DNA of 63,568 nucleotides. It comes from an uncultured Gammaproteobacteria bacterium. Its GTDB lineage: Bacteria; Patescibacteriota; Patescibacteriia; Patescibacteriales; UBA12465. The notes beneath the pieces were generated by a model. The model did no database searches. It had not been told where the DNA came from and saw only the letters and a program-made list of their open reading frames with translations. The stretch covers positions 1 to 63,568 of the forward strand of contig CAZYNT010000006.1 in NCBI GenBank assembly GCA_964648205.1, in the 5' to 3' direction. Numbering within the stretch: position 1 is the stretch's first letter; every line of letters begins with the position of its first letter. The position numbers and the translations under genes are program-made. Shown piece by piece: positions 36,716 to 45,330 of the stretch.

Positions 36716-37840
36716 CTATTGTCTGATTGGCATCACAATATATAAATAATTATCTTCTTTCTCTGGTTTTAAGACGCAGGGGGTTGTGTTATTCAAAACA
36801 CCCAATCTAACCATATTCCCCTCTATATTATTCAATCCATCTAGTAGATATCTAAAATTAATTGTTACTTCGTTATCAACCCCCTTTACCTCAGCTTCAA
36901 TCTCTATCTGGCTTTCACCGCTTGTGCCGGAAAAGGAGGAAATTATTATCTTATTCTTAGAAAATAAAATAGTAATATCATTAATCCCGGTTTTAGAGAA
37001 AAGCGCGGCCGCTTTTACCGCCCTTATCAACTCTGAGCGTTCAATTAAAGCGTCTGTCTGGCTGCTTGAAGGAATAATTTGTTTATAATCTGGGTAGTGG
37101 CCGTTAATCAACCGGGAAATAAGTTCGACTGAATCAACTGTAAACAATATTTGGTTTTCTGATAAGTAAAATTTTACTTCCTGATCTTCGCCCATTTCTC
37201 CACCCTCCAGCCCCCCTAAAACCCTTAACAATTCCTGGACCGTCTTGGCGGGCACAATGACCTTTTGTTCTCCTTCAACCCCTCCGTTTTTTATGTCCAA
37301 TTCTTTTTCTGCTAAACGATAACTGTCTGTGGCGGCTAGGCTTAACTTGTTTTTATTAAACGAAAAAAGAACCCCGGTTAATTCAATTCTGTTTTCACTG
37401 CTTGAAACAGCAAAAATAACGCCGCTCAGCGCTTTTTTTAACTCCCCGCTTTTACAGCTAAAAAAGTTAGATCGAGAAATGCTTGGTATTAAGGGAAATT
37501 CTTTGGCCGATTCTCCTTTGATTTTTGTTTTATAGTTGCCACATTCAATTTTTAACTCATTTTCCTTGGTTTCAACCTTTACTTTCTCGCCGCCGCTCAA
37601 AAGATTAACATAATCGCTAATCAGCCGAGCGTCAACCGTAAATTGCCCCTCATTTTCAATTTTTCCTCTTATCTGATGGGTTATCCCTATTTCCAAATTA
37701 GTGCTGACCAGTTCAATGTTTCCTTCTTCCGCTTTTATTAAAATATTATTAAGAATTGGCAAATTAATATTTTTAGTTGTTATGTGTCCGACTATGTTTA
37801 ATCCTCTTTTTAAATTTTCTTGAAGGCTTATGAAGTACAT
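36716..37840 (-). CDS. dnaN: DNA polymerase III beta sliding clamp
   Basis: 374 aa. It lies downstream of dnaA and has a typical three-domain length and C-terminus (...YLYIVMPIRQ). Confidence 0.95.
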   Translation of the reverse strand: MYFISLQENLKRGLNIVGHITTKNINLPILNNILIKAEEGNIELVSTNLEIGITHQIRGKIENEGQFTVDARLISDYVNLLSGGEKVKVETKENELKIECGNYKTKIKGESAKEFPLIPSISRSNFFSCKSGELKKALSGVIFAVSSSENRIELTGVLFSFNKNKLSLAATDSYRLAEKELDIKNGGVEGEQKVIVPAKTVQELLRVLGGLEGGEMGEDQEVKFYLSENQILFTVDSVELISRLINGHYPDYKQIIPSSSQTDALIERSELIRAVKAAALFSKTGINDITILFSKNKIIISSFSGTSGESQIEIEAEVKGVDNEVTINFRYLLDGLNNIEGNMVRLGVLNNTTPCVLKPEKEDNYLYIVMPIRQ

Positions 37841-38117
37841 ATTTTTATATGTTTGTATTATATATTAATTTATATATAAATAAGTAATAACAATAATAAG
37901 GAGGGGGATAACTTTTAGAAATTGGCGATTTTTGTATTTTTGTTGGTAATTATTATTTTTTATCTGTTGAAAGTCCGATTAATGCCGGGTGTATAAGTTT
38001 TTGCTGTTTGTGAACAAGGCTGAGGTCGTCCCTATTTGTGCACAATTTATAAATTATTATCCAACATTTTTAAACAAGATACTAACAGATTATTCCACAG
38101 ATAACGAGCTTATGGTG
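37841..38117. other. dnaA-dnaN intergenic region: AT-rich stretch plus degenerate DnaA-box-like 9-mers (possible oriC part or DUE)
   Basis: 37841-37900 is almost pure A/T. The 9-mers TGTGAACAA, TGTGCACAA, TTATCCAAC and TATTCCACA each match TTATCCACA/TGTGGATAA at 7-8 of 9 positions. Confidence 0.35.
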
Positions 38118-39539
38118 TTAATAAGTATGACCAAAAAGTTGACGGATTGACTCGAGCTCTTGTTTTATTTTTTCGTTTTTATCTCCTTTAACTTCTTGAT
38201 AAATTTTGTTATAGGCGTGCATGGCCGTAGTGTGATCTCGGCCGCCAAGCTCGTTTCCGATGGTTGGGTATGAGGTGTTGAGTTCTTCCCTGATAAGATA
38301 AATGGCAATTTGTCTGGGCCAGACTAGTTCCTTTTTTCGGCTCGAACCGACTAATTCTTTATAAGTAATATTATAGAATTTAGCCGAGGCCTCTATGATT
38401 TCTTTGGGGGTTAGGGACTTTGTTTGAATATTTGAAATATAATCACCCAAAACCTCTTTGACAGTTTTAAGGGATGGGGCTAGCCCCTTAAACTGGTGTG
38501 AGGCAATAACCTTGTTCAGCGCCCCCTCCAACTCCCTTATATTGTTTTGAACGTGTTCGGCAATATATAAAAGCATTTCTTTGTCCAATGGGCAACCCCT
38601 TTCGTTAGCTTTTTTTTCTAAAATAGCAATTTTTGTCTCAATATCCGGTTTTCCAACATCAGCCACCATGCCGGCCTCAAAGCGAGAAACCAGTCTTTTT
38701 TCAATGGCGGGGATGGCTTTTGGCGCACGGTCTGAGGTCAAGACAATCTGCTTATCATTCTGCAATAATTCGTTGAAAGTATGGAAGAATTCTTCTTGGG
38801 TGCCGTCTTTACCACCCATGAACTGGACATCGTCAACCAATAATAAATCTACATTACGATATAAATTCTTAAATTCTTTGGCTTTTCCGGTGGTTACAGC
38901 TTGGATATAGTTATTGGTAAATTTTTCGCTGGTGGTATATAGGATTTTGTCCGTTTTTTTGGCTACTTCGTTGCCGATTGCCTGAAGAAGGTGTGTTTTT
39001 CCCAAACCAACTCCGCCATAAATAAACAAGGGATTGTAAGCCTTTCCTAAATTGTTAACGACTGCCAGACAAGCCGCATTAGCCAGTTCGTTGCCCCGAC
39101 CAACAATAAAATTTTCAAAAACATAACGCGGGTTCAGGCCATAACGATTATTGGAGGAGTTAGCAGAATTAGCCGCATTGTTAATGACGGCTGGTTGTGG
39201 TTGATGAAGAGCATTAACCGGCGCGCCCCCCTTAATCTCTGTTTCCGTCTTGGATTCAGGGCTGCTAATTTGGAATGGGGCGGCGCTTTTTTTTAGTTCG
39301 ATTTTATATATAATTTCTTTAATGGTTTGTTTGGTTACATTTTCTAGAGCACGTAGAGTATTCTTGTGATATTTTTCCTCAAGCCACTTTTTAACAAAAG
39401 CATTCGGTACGCAAATAACGACCCGCTCATTTTCGAAAGAAGAAATAAAAGTATCTTTAAACCAAGTAATAAAATTAGCTCGGGATAAACTAACTTCGAT
39501 TTCCCCCAAGACAGCCTGCCAAACTTGTTCATTGTTCAT
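38118..39539 (-). CDS. dnaA: chromosomal replication initiator DnaA
   Basis: Walker A GGVGLGKTHL, LLVDDVQF and the C-terminal DNA-binding helix GGRDHTTAMHA. Confidence 0.97.
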   Translation of the reverse strand: MNNEQVWQAVLGEIEVSLSRANFITWFKDTFISSFENERVVICVPNAFVKKWLEEKYHKNTLRALENVTKQTIKEIIYKIELKKSAAPFQISSPESKTETEIKGGAPVNALHQPQPAVINNAANSANSSNNRYGLNPRYVFENFIVGRGNELANAACLAVVNNLGKAYNPLFIYGGVGLGKTHLLQAIGNEVAKKTDKILYTTSEKFTNNYIQAVTTGKAKEFKNLYRNVDLLLVDDVQFMGGKDGTQEEFFHTFNELLQNDKQIVLTSDRAPKAIPAIEKRLVSRFEAGMVADVGKPDIETKIAILEKKANERGCPLDKEMLLYIAEHVQNNIRELEGALNKVIASHQFKGLAPSLKTVKEVLGDYISNIQTKSLTPKEIIEASAKFYNITYKELVGSSRKKELVWPRQIAIYLIREELNTSYPTIGNELGGRDHTTAMHAYNKIYQEVKGDKNEKIKQELESIRQLFGHTY

Positions 39540-39768
39540 AAGAATGGGGATTAATATCCTATTAAAACAAATTAATAAATCAGAGATTTATATCAATTTA
39601 ATTATATTAGATAAGGTCGCCAATAACAAGGCTGGGGGCTGTTAAAGATATGTTAATAAAAAGTGGATAAGGGGGTGTTTAAGAAAACAAGGAACCATAA
39701 TGGTCTGATTGACTTTAGCAAATAAAGATGTTATCTTATAGAAATATCAATTATTTAAGCTTTATATT
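39540..39768. other. dnaA/rpmH divergent intergenic region, candidate oriC part
   Basis: One near-consensus DnaA box, AGTGGATAA (8 of 9), at 39662-39670. The sequence is AT-rich and the gene order is the classical origin-proximal one. Confidence 0.4.
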
Positions 39769-39906
39769 ATGCCGAAAAGAACCTATCAGCCGAATAAACG
39801 TCGGGCTAGCAAAAAACACGGATTTCTTAAAAGAATGCAAACTGAAGATGGAAGGGTGGTTTTAAAGAGGCGCCGACAAAAGGGTCGTAAAAAATTAAGC
39901 AAGTAG
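39769..39906 (+). CDS. rpmH: 50S ribosomal protein L34
   Basis: Not in the ORF track because it is only 45 aa. Translation: [48 protein letters not shown] stop. Confidence 0.95.
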   Translation: MPKRTYQPNKRRASKKHGFLKRMQTEDGRVVLKRRRQKGRKKLSK

Positions 39907-39921
39907 CTTTAATTAGGTTAC

Positions 39922-40263
39922 ATGTTGGAAAAAAATAATAGAATACGCCTTGATAAAGAGTTTGACCGAGTTTTTAAAACCGGCCAATCTTTTTATGGTA
40001 AAGTTTTAGGAATAAAGGCGGCCGATAATGCATTATCTTTTTCGCGTTTTGGGATTATGGTTGGTTTAAAGGTTAGCAAGAAGGCGGTTGTCAGAAATAA
40101 GATAAAAAGACAAATAAGATCTATTATTAGCCAAGAATTATCATTAATTAAACCCGGGAAAGATGTGGTTGTTATAGTTTTTCCTTTAATATTAGATAAT
40201 AATTTTGAAGAAATTAAAAAGTCGTTGGAAAATAGCTTTAAAAAAATTAATCTGTATAAATAG
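39922..40263 (+). CDS. rnpA: RNase P protein component
   Basis: 113-aa basic protein directly after rpmH, containing [15 protein letters not shown] and the [11 protein letters not shown] motif. Confidence 0.9.
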   Translation: MLEKNNRIRLDKEFDRVFKTGQSFYGKVLGIKAADNALSFSRFGIMVGLKVSKKAVVRNKIKRQIRSIISQELSLIKPGKDVVVIVFPLILDNNFEEIKKSLENSFKKINLYK

Positions 40264-40288
40264 TCTAATATTAGTTAAAAAATTAGCT

Positions 40289-40546
40289 ATGTTTGAATTT
40301 TTATATAAATTACCCCGCCTTTTAACAGTTTGGCTTATAAGAGCATATCAAAAAACAATTTCTTTTGATCACGGTATTTTAAAAGTATTCTATCCCCACG
40401 GTTTTTGTAGATTTACCCCCAGCTGTTCCGAATATGGCGCCCAAGCAATTACGAAATATGGAGTTTTAAAAGGAACCCTGTTGGCATCTTGGCGCGTTTT
40501 GCGCTGTAACCCATGGAGCAAGGGGGGATACGACCCGCTAAAATAA
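40289..40546 (+). CDS. yidD: membrane protein insertion efficiency factor YidD
   Basis: [10 protein letters not shown]...[15 protein letters not shown]...[13 protein letters not shown] prefer the ATG at 40289 because the tracked start at 40205 overlaps rnpA. Confidence 0.9.
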   Translation: MFEFLYKLPRLLTVWLIRAYQKTISFDHGILKVFYPHGFCRFTPSCSEYGAQAITKYGVLKGTLLASWRVLRCNPWSKGGYDPLK

Positions 40547-40565
40547 TTTTTAATTAATAATATTT

Positions 40566-41321
40566 ATGGTTCATTTTTTTACAGTTATTTTTTATCAGCC
40601 GATTTTAAATCTCCTTGTATTTTTATATAATACAATTTCTTTCCAAGATTTAGGAGTCGCTATTATTTTACTGACCATTTTAATAAAATTAATCCTCTGG
40701 CCGCTTGGTCGGCAGTCCATTAAATCGCAGAAATCGTTACAAGAACTCCAGCCGAAAATAGAAGAATTAAAAAAGAAATATGCCGACAACAAAGTTGAAT
40801 TAAGCCGGGCGACGATGGAGTTATATAAAAATAACAAAATAAACCCATTTTCTTCTTGCCTGCCCCTCTTAATCCAGCTACCCTTTCTTTTTGCTGTTTA
40901 TCAGGTATTCCGCGATGGCCTGAACAATAAATTAGACTTGGTCTATCCGTTCATCTATAAGCCAGAAACCATTAAGGGCCTATCTTTCGGATTCTTGAAT
41001 CTTGATAAGCCTAATATTTATTTGGCGGTCCTGGCCGGCTTGGCTCAGTTTTGGCAAGCAAAAATGATGATGACGAAAGCTCCGGCCGTAAAGACGGCGG
41101 GCTCTAAAGACGAAAGCATGACAGCCATCATGAATAAGCAGATGCTGTATTTCATGCCGGCCATTACGATATTTATCGGAGCGACTCTTCCCGGAGGACT
41201 AACCCTCTATTGGTTTGTCATTACCATTCTCACTGCTCTGCAGCAATTGGTTGTTTTTAACAGAAAGAACAAGAAAAATAAAACGAACGGACAGCCGATT
41301 GAAGGAGAAATAATCAAATAA
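40566..41321 (+). CDS. yidC: YidC/Oxa1-family membrane insertase (short form)
   Basis: GVAIILLTILIKLILWPL, MELYKNNKINPFSSCLPLLIQLP and TLYWFV. Confidence 0.9.
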   Translation: MVHFFTVIFYQPILNLLVFLYNTISFQDLGVAIILLTILIKLILWPLGRQSIKSQKSLQELQPKIEELKKKYADNKVELSRATMELYKNNKINPFSSCLPLLIQLPFLFAVYQVFRDGLNNKLDLVYPFIYKPETIKGLSFGFLNLDKPNIYLAVLAGLAQFWQAKMMMTKAPAVKTAGSKDESMTAIMNKQMLYFMPAITIFIGATLPGGLTLYWFVITILTALQQLVVFNRKNKKNKTNGQPIEGEIIK

Positions 41322-41404
41322 CGAAATATGTGTCCGGACAATAAAACCGCCTTTTAAAAGAAGGAGGTTTTTGTTTAATGTTTTTGTATTTAACGTTTTT
41401 GTAT

Positions 41405-43294
41405 TTATGGTCGAGTACTGGTGCTTATGGGTGGCGTTGAAGTCGGAGAAACAATAGACGAAACGGTGGTTGAAGCGGTTGAGCTGGCCGCGCTCATGCC
41501 AATCAGACAAACTTCTTGCCAGGGAATATAATGAGAACTAAATCTTCTTTTTTGAATGGGCGTTGTGGTTGCCCCTTCCGGGTAAATTACAGTATAGTCG
41601 AAATAGGCATCCGCACCATTATGGGCTTTTTCTGTACATTTTTTTTCTCCGGCCGACAACTCTGCGGTTTCGATATACTTCGTCGATTCCGGCTTTACTA
41701 TATTATAAATAATTGGTTTGGTGGTTGTAGCGATTCGCCCGTCTTTTGTTCCCCAAAAATCAAAATAAATATCATTTTTTATAATTCGCGCTTGGATTAG
41801 AACATAGCTGGCCGTATCATTTATAAAACGAACGTCCGGCTGGGGAATATAAATTGCGGCATCCATTCCCGCCGGCTCGTAATAAGATACTCGGTAGGAA
41901 TGGTTGCGGCGGGCCGTTATTGGTAAACCAGAGGCAAGAGCCGCTCGAAAAACGGTCGTTCCTATCTGGCACAGGCCGCCACCATATTCGGGTATGGTTT
42001 TGTTTCCTTTAATTACCAGTTCCGGCAAATATCCAGTGTTTGCGCTGACATCTCCCAAAACCTTAACTAAAGAGAACTCTTCGCCCGGAGCAAGAAGAGT
42101 GCCGTGGACCGCATTGGCGCCGACTTGGATGTTTTTTCGACGATTAGCCGAGGAGCCGGAAAAGTTAGATTGTCCGGTACCAATAATTTCCTTTATATCC
42201 AGGGGCTTGTCTCCGATTATTTCCTCGGTTGCCAATTCTTTAACTGATATGGGAATTTCTTTTTGGTCACTCAAAAATCCGCTGATTATTTTGTCTATTG
42301 AAGCTTCGATGTCAACTTGCCGCCCACTAATCCCTGTTTGCCAGCTGACCACTTTTCCGTTGCTAATTTCGAATTTGGGGCGGACAGCCTCTAGATTTAT
42401 TTGGGGAGAAACGGTTAAATCAAGATATTGACTGATTTTTTCTTTATCCAGAGAAAGACTTAATTTATTATCGCGGCTCTTTTCGACGCTCAGCCAGCTC
42501 AAGAGTTTTTCTGGCCTGATCGTCCAAGTTTTAATCTCGGTTGAGCTGCTGTTGCTATCAGTAAAGGTTAATTTTAGTTCTCCGGAAGCAATAATTCGCT
42601 TGGCATCGCCCTCAACGGTGGCCAGATCGCTCTCTTTAACCTCAGGATATTTAGAGTGTGTCACTATCATTATTGGAGGATTGTCCAGGCGGTCTAAACT
42701 ATTTTTAATATTTGAAAAAACGAGATCATAATTGATTGCTTTGCCGATTTTTTCCGGGTTGGTCTGCAGTTGTCCGGTTTTACCGGAAACCGAGAAGAAG
42801 GAGTTTGCCGGGGGGACACTCAATTCTTTAAAGTTTTCTTCTAATAGATTTTGGATTTTTTGCGTGTCGAGAGTATAGCTAGGCTTAATCGTTTTTCTCT
42901 CTTTTGCTTTAAATCTGAAGATAAAATAATTCCAAAAATTTTCCGGTCGGCCCAGAGAAAAAGCTTCTTTAATGGTTTTTTCGTTATCAAAAATTAGAGA
43001 AGGATAAGATAAGTCTGTATCAAAGGAGGAAATGGCCGAATCAATGGTTATTTTTTTATTTCCATATTGAAAAGTCAATCCGCTTTTAGTTAAAGCATCG
43101 GTTTCTTTGTTCAGAATTTCCAAGGCCTCATCAGTCGATTTTCCTGACAAGTCCATCGTTCCTAATTTTACGCCGGGATAAATGCGCCCCCGATAATTAT
43201 TATGCCAAATCAAATAACCCGCTAATAGTCCCGCTATCAACAAAAAAACCACCAAAATAAGGAGTGATTTTATTGCTATTTTTTTATTTTTCAT
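41405..43294 (-). CDS. VanW-family protein
   Basis: N-terminal TM anchor, VanW core GGGLCQIGTTVFRAALASGLPITARRNHS and a Ser/Thr-rich tail. Confidence 0.85.
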   Translation of the reverse strand: MKNKKIAIKSLLILVVFLLIAGLLAGYLIWHNNYRGRIYPGVKLGTMDLSGKSTDEALEILNKETDALTKSGLTFQYGNKKITIDSAISSFDTDLSYPSLIFDNEKTIKEAFSLGRPENFWNYFIFRFKAKERKTIKPSYTLDTQKIQNLLEENFKELSVPPANSFFSVSGKTGQLQTNPEKIGKAINYDLVFSNIKNSLDRLDNPPIMIVTHSKYPEVKESDLATVEGDAKRIIASGELKLTFTDSNSSSTEIKTWTIRPEKLLSWLSVEKSRDNKLSLSLDKEKISQYLDLTVSPQINLEAVRPKFEISNGKVVSWQTGISGRQVDIEASIDKIISGFLSDQKEIPISVKELATEEIIGDKPLDIKEIIGTGQSNFSGSSANRRKNIQVGANAVHGTLLAPGEEFSLVKVLGDVSANTGYLPELVIKGNKTIPEYGGGLCQIGTTVFRAALASGLPITARRNHSYRVSYYEPAGMDAAIYIPQPDVRFINDTASYVLIQARIIKNDIYFDFWGTKDGRIATTTKPIIYNIVKPESTKYIETAELSAGEKKCTEKAHNGADAYFDYTVIYPEGATTTPIQKRRFSSHYIPWQEVCLIGMSAASSTASTTVSSIVSPTSTPPISTSTRP

Positions 43295-43311
43295 AGGTCT
43301 GCGAGCCGTTT

Positions 43312-43728
43312 TTAGTCCTTTTCTTTGACTTCAATTTGGCTGGGGCTGTTTTTACGCAAAGTTATCGTGAGAACGCCGCTTTCTAGCTCAGCCTCAACCT
43401 GCTTATTATCTACCTCGGCCGGCAGTATAATAGAACGCGAGAACGACCCCCAATAACACTCGCGGTATAAATAATCCTCTTCTTTAACCTCTTCCTTGAT
43501 CGAGCGGCTCCCCTTAATTGTTAAGAGATCATTATGGAGAGATATCTTCAAATCTTCCGGTTTTACTCCGGCGATTGTTGATTTAATAATTATTTTTTTA
43601 TTAGTTTGGAAGACGTCGATAGCCAGCTGACCCTCGGTTTCCGGCTCTTCATTAAGCCATTCAACAATTGACGGCTCTTTATTCTCTTGGAGAAGAGAGG
43701 TTTTTTTATTTTTTTTATTGAAAAGCAT
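43312..43728 (-). CDS. Hsp20/alpha-crystallin small heat-shock protein
   Basis: The ACD segment LAIDVFQTNKKIIIKSTIAGVKPEDLKISLHNDLLTIKG...GVLTITL. Confidence 0.9.
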   Translation of the reverse strand: MLFNKKNKKTSLLQENKEPSIVEWLNEEPETEGQLAIDVFQTNKKIIIKSTIAGVKPEDLKISLHNDLLTIKGSRSIKEEVKEEDYLYRECYWGSFSRSIILPAEVDNKQVEAELESGVLTITLRKNSPSQIEVKEKD

Positions 43729-43796
43729 ATAATTGTATTCTTTCTTTTAATTTACCAATTTTTGAAGGAAATGTAAATGAGATTAGGGAATCAATA

Positions 43797-43830
43797 ATAA
43801 AAAAGATTCGACATTCGCCGAATCTTTTTA
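43797..43830 (-). terminator. rho-independent terminator after tRNA-Val
   Basis: AAAAGATTCG-ACATTCGC-CGAATCTTTT with flanking A and T runs. Confidence 0.7.
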
Positions 43831-43831
43831 T

Positions 43832-43908
43832 TGGTGGGCCCGACAGGATTCGAACCTGTGACCTCCACGATGTCAACGTGGCGCTCTAACCAACTGAGCT
43901 ACGAGCCC
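43832..43908 (-). tRNA. tRNA-Val(GAC), CCA encoded
   Basis: Reverse complement GGGCTCGTAGCTCAGTTGGTTAGAGCG-CCACG-TTGACAT-CGTGG...CAGGTTCGAATCCTG...CCA. Confidence 0.95.
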
Positions 43909-43924
43909 GTATAATATTGTTATG

Positions 43925-43998
43925 TGGGCATAGATGGACTTGAACCATCGACCCCCGCTTTATAAGAGCGGTGCTCTAACCAGCTGAGCTATATGCCC
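43925..43998 (-). tRNA. tRNA-Ile(UAU)
   Basis: Reverse complement GGGCATA-TA-GCTC-AGCTGGTTA-GAGC-A-CCGCT-CTTATAA-AGCGG-GGGTC-GATGG-TTCAAGT-CCATC-TATGCCC-A. Positions 34-36 read TAT, and the body resembles bacterial tRNA-Ile. Confidence 0.85.
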
Positions 43999-44065
43999 AT
44001 TATAATTGTCGCGAAAAAAGATTGCAAGCGATAATTTATAACAGTTTAGTAGTTATTTTATACCA

Positions 44066-45208
44066 TTAAGCGTTTAATTTTTCAAGTTTGCCTTGCAATT
44101 CCGACAAGAGCGCGATGCTCGCGTCCGCCATATTTTGATGAATTATAATGGAAGCGCCCTTTACTGTCCCCTGGGGCTTATAGTTGGCTAGAATTTCTAA
44201 AACATTAATATTTTTTAGAGAATATACAAGTATTTTTGTGGTTGCCGGTCCATTTTCACAGAAAATAGCAACAAGCTTAGCGCTCGGGACATTCATTATT
44301 AACTCATCAATAATATCATTTAAATTTTCCGGAGAAGAATTTGTTTCTTTAAAGTCTTGGAGGCACAATCTCGACCAAATTAATTCCCCGTGTTTTTCCG
44401 ATTGAAGATTGTTAAGAACGCGCCCCCAGAGTTTGAGCGTGGCTAAATCGCGTGAACGGTATAAATGATTGATAATATCTTCTCGGTTAGCCCCGATAGA
44501 AATTAGCTGCGAGGTTGTTAGCAGGGTGCGGGGAGTAAGGTTGGAAGTTTTAAAATTTTTAGTTTTTTGGATAATGCCCGCCAATAGGCAGGTGGCCACG
44601 TCTTCACTGATTGTTTCCGGCCGGTAGTTTTTTAAGAGATAAAAGAGAATCTCTGAAATGGCGACCGCATTTAAATCAATAAAATTAATTTGCCCGAATT
44701 CTTCATTGTTTGCTTTATGGTCGATATTTATAATAGCTGTTTTATAAAAGAATTCAATATTTTGGTCGTAAAGTTCGCCCAGCGATTCCAAATCGCTAGT
44801 TCCGACCGTGATGATAAGATCATATTTAAATTCTCCCGCTCGGGAACTCACGTCTTCGGGCTTAAACCAACCCTCAGATGGAGAAATAATGAAGTTAAGA
44901 ATATTGTTATCGACTAGATATTTTACTTGGTTGACTTTAGCCTTGCTAATGTCGACCGAAACAATGAAGCGGCGTAAATTGTCCAGATTGTTTTGGATTT
45001 GGTTATAAGCAGGCAGAAAAGAAAAATTATGGTTTGTTTCTTCCAGGCCTCGGCAGACCAAAGAAGCTTCATATCCTTGTTTTTTGAGGAATAAAAAGAG
45101 AGCCAAAGACGAAGCAACGGTATCTCCTTCGTGATCAGCTGAAAATATGATCAAAATATTTTTTGATTTTTCAATTTGTTTAAAGATTTGTTGCTCTAAA
45201 GTTAGCAT
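44066..45208 (-). CDS. DHH/DHHA1-family phosphoesterase (NrnA-like)
   Basis: IFSADHEGDTVAS, the DHH-type region IINIDHKAN and a C-terminal DHHA1-like domain. Confidence 0.8.
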   Translation of the reverse strand: MLTLEQQIFKQIEKSKNILIIFSADHEGDTVASSLALFLFLKKQGYEASLVCRGLEETNHNFSFLPAYNQIQNNLDNLRRFIVSVDISKAKVNQVKYLVDNNILNFIISPSEGWFKPEDVSSRAGEFKYDLIITVGTSDLESLGELYDQNIEFFYKTAIINIDHKANNEEFGQINFIDLNAVAISEILFYLLKNYRPETISEDVATCLLAGIIQKTKNFKTSNLTPRTLLTTSQLISIGANREDIINHLYRSRDLATLKLWGRVLNNLQSEKHGELIWSRLCLQDFKETNSSPENLNDIIDELIMNVPSAKLVAIFCENGPATTKILVYSLKNINVLEILANYKPQGTVKGASIIIHQNMADASIALLSELQGKLEKLNA

Positions 45209-45330
45209 TTTTTTAACCTTAAAATAGCGTCCGGGTGTTTAAGTCCGACTCTTTAATATATAATGATTTAGACCCAAAGTCAAGGCGGAATTTAATTGAC
45301 TTAAGGCCACTTTTTTGGTAATTTTAAAGT

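Noticed and set aside
41378-41407. Short direct repeat GTTTTTGTATTTA x2 at the vanW stop.
   Set aside because: The unit is 13 nt and AT-rich, so it is compatible with chance or slippage in low-complexity intergenic DNA.
41199-41510. 103-aa minus-strand ORF spanning the yidC 3' end and the vanW 3' end.
   Set aside because: It overlaps two confident genes and an intergenic repeat, so it is most likely spurious.
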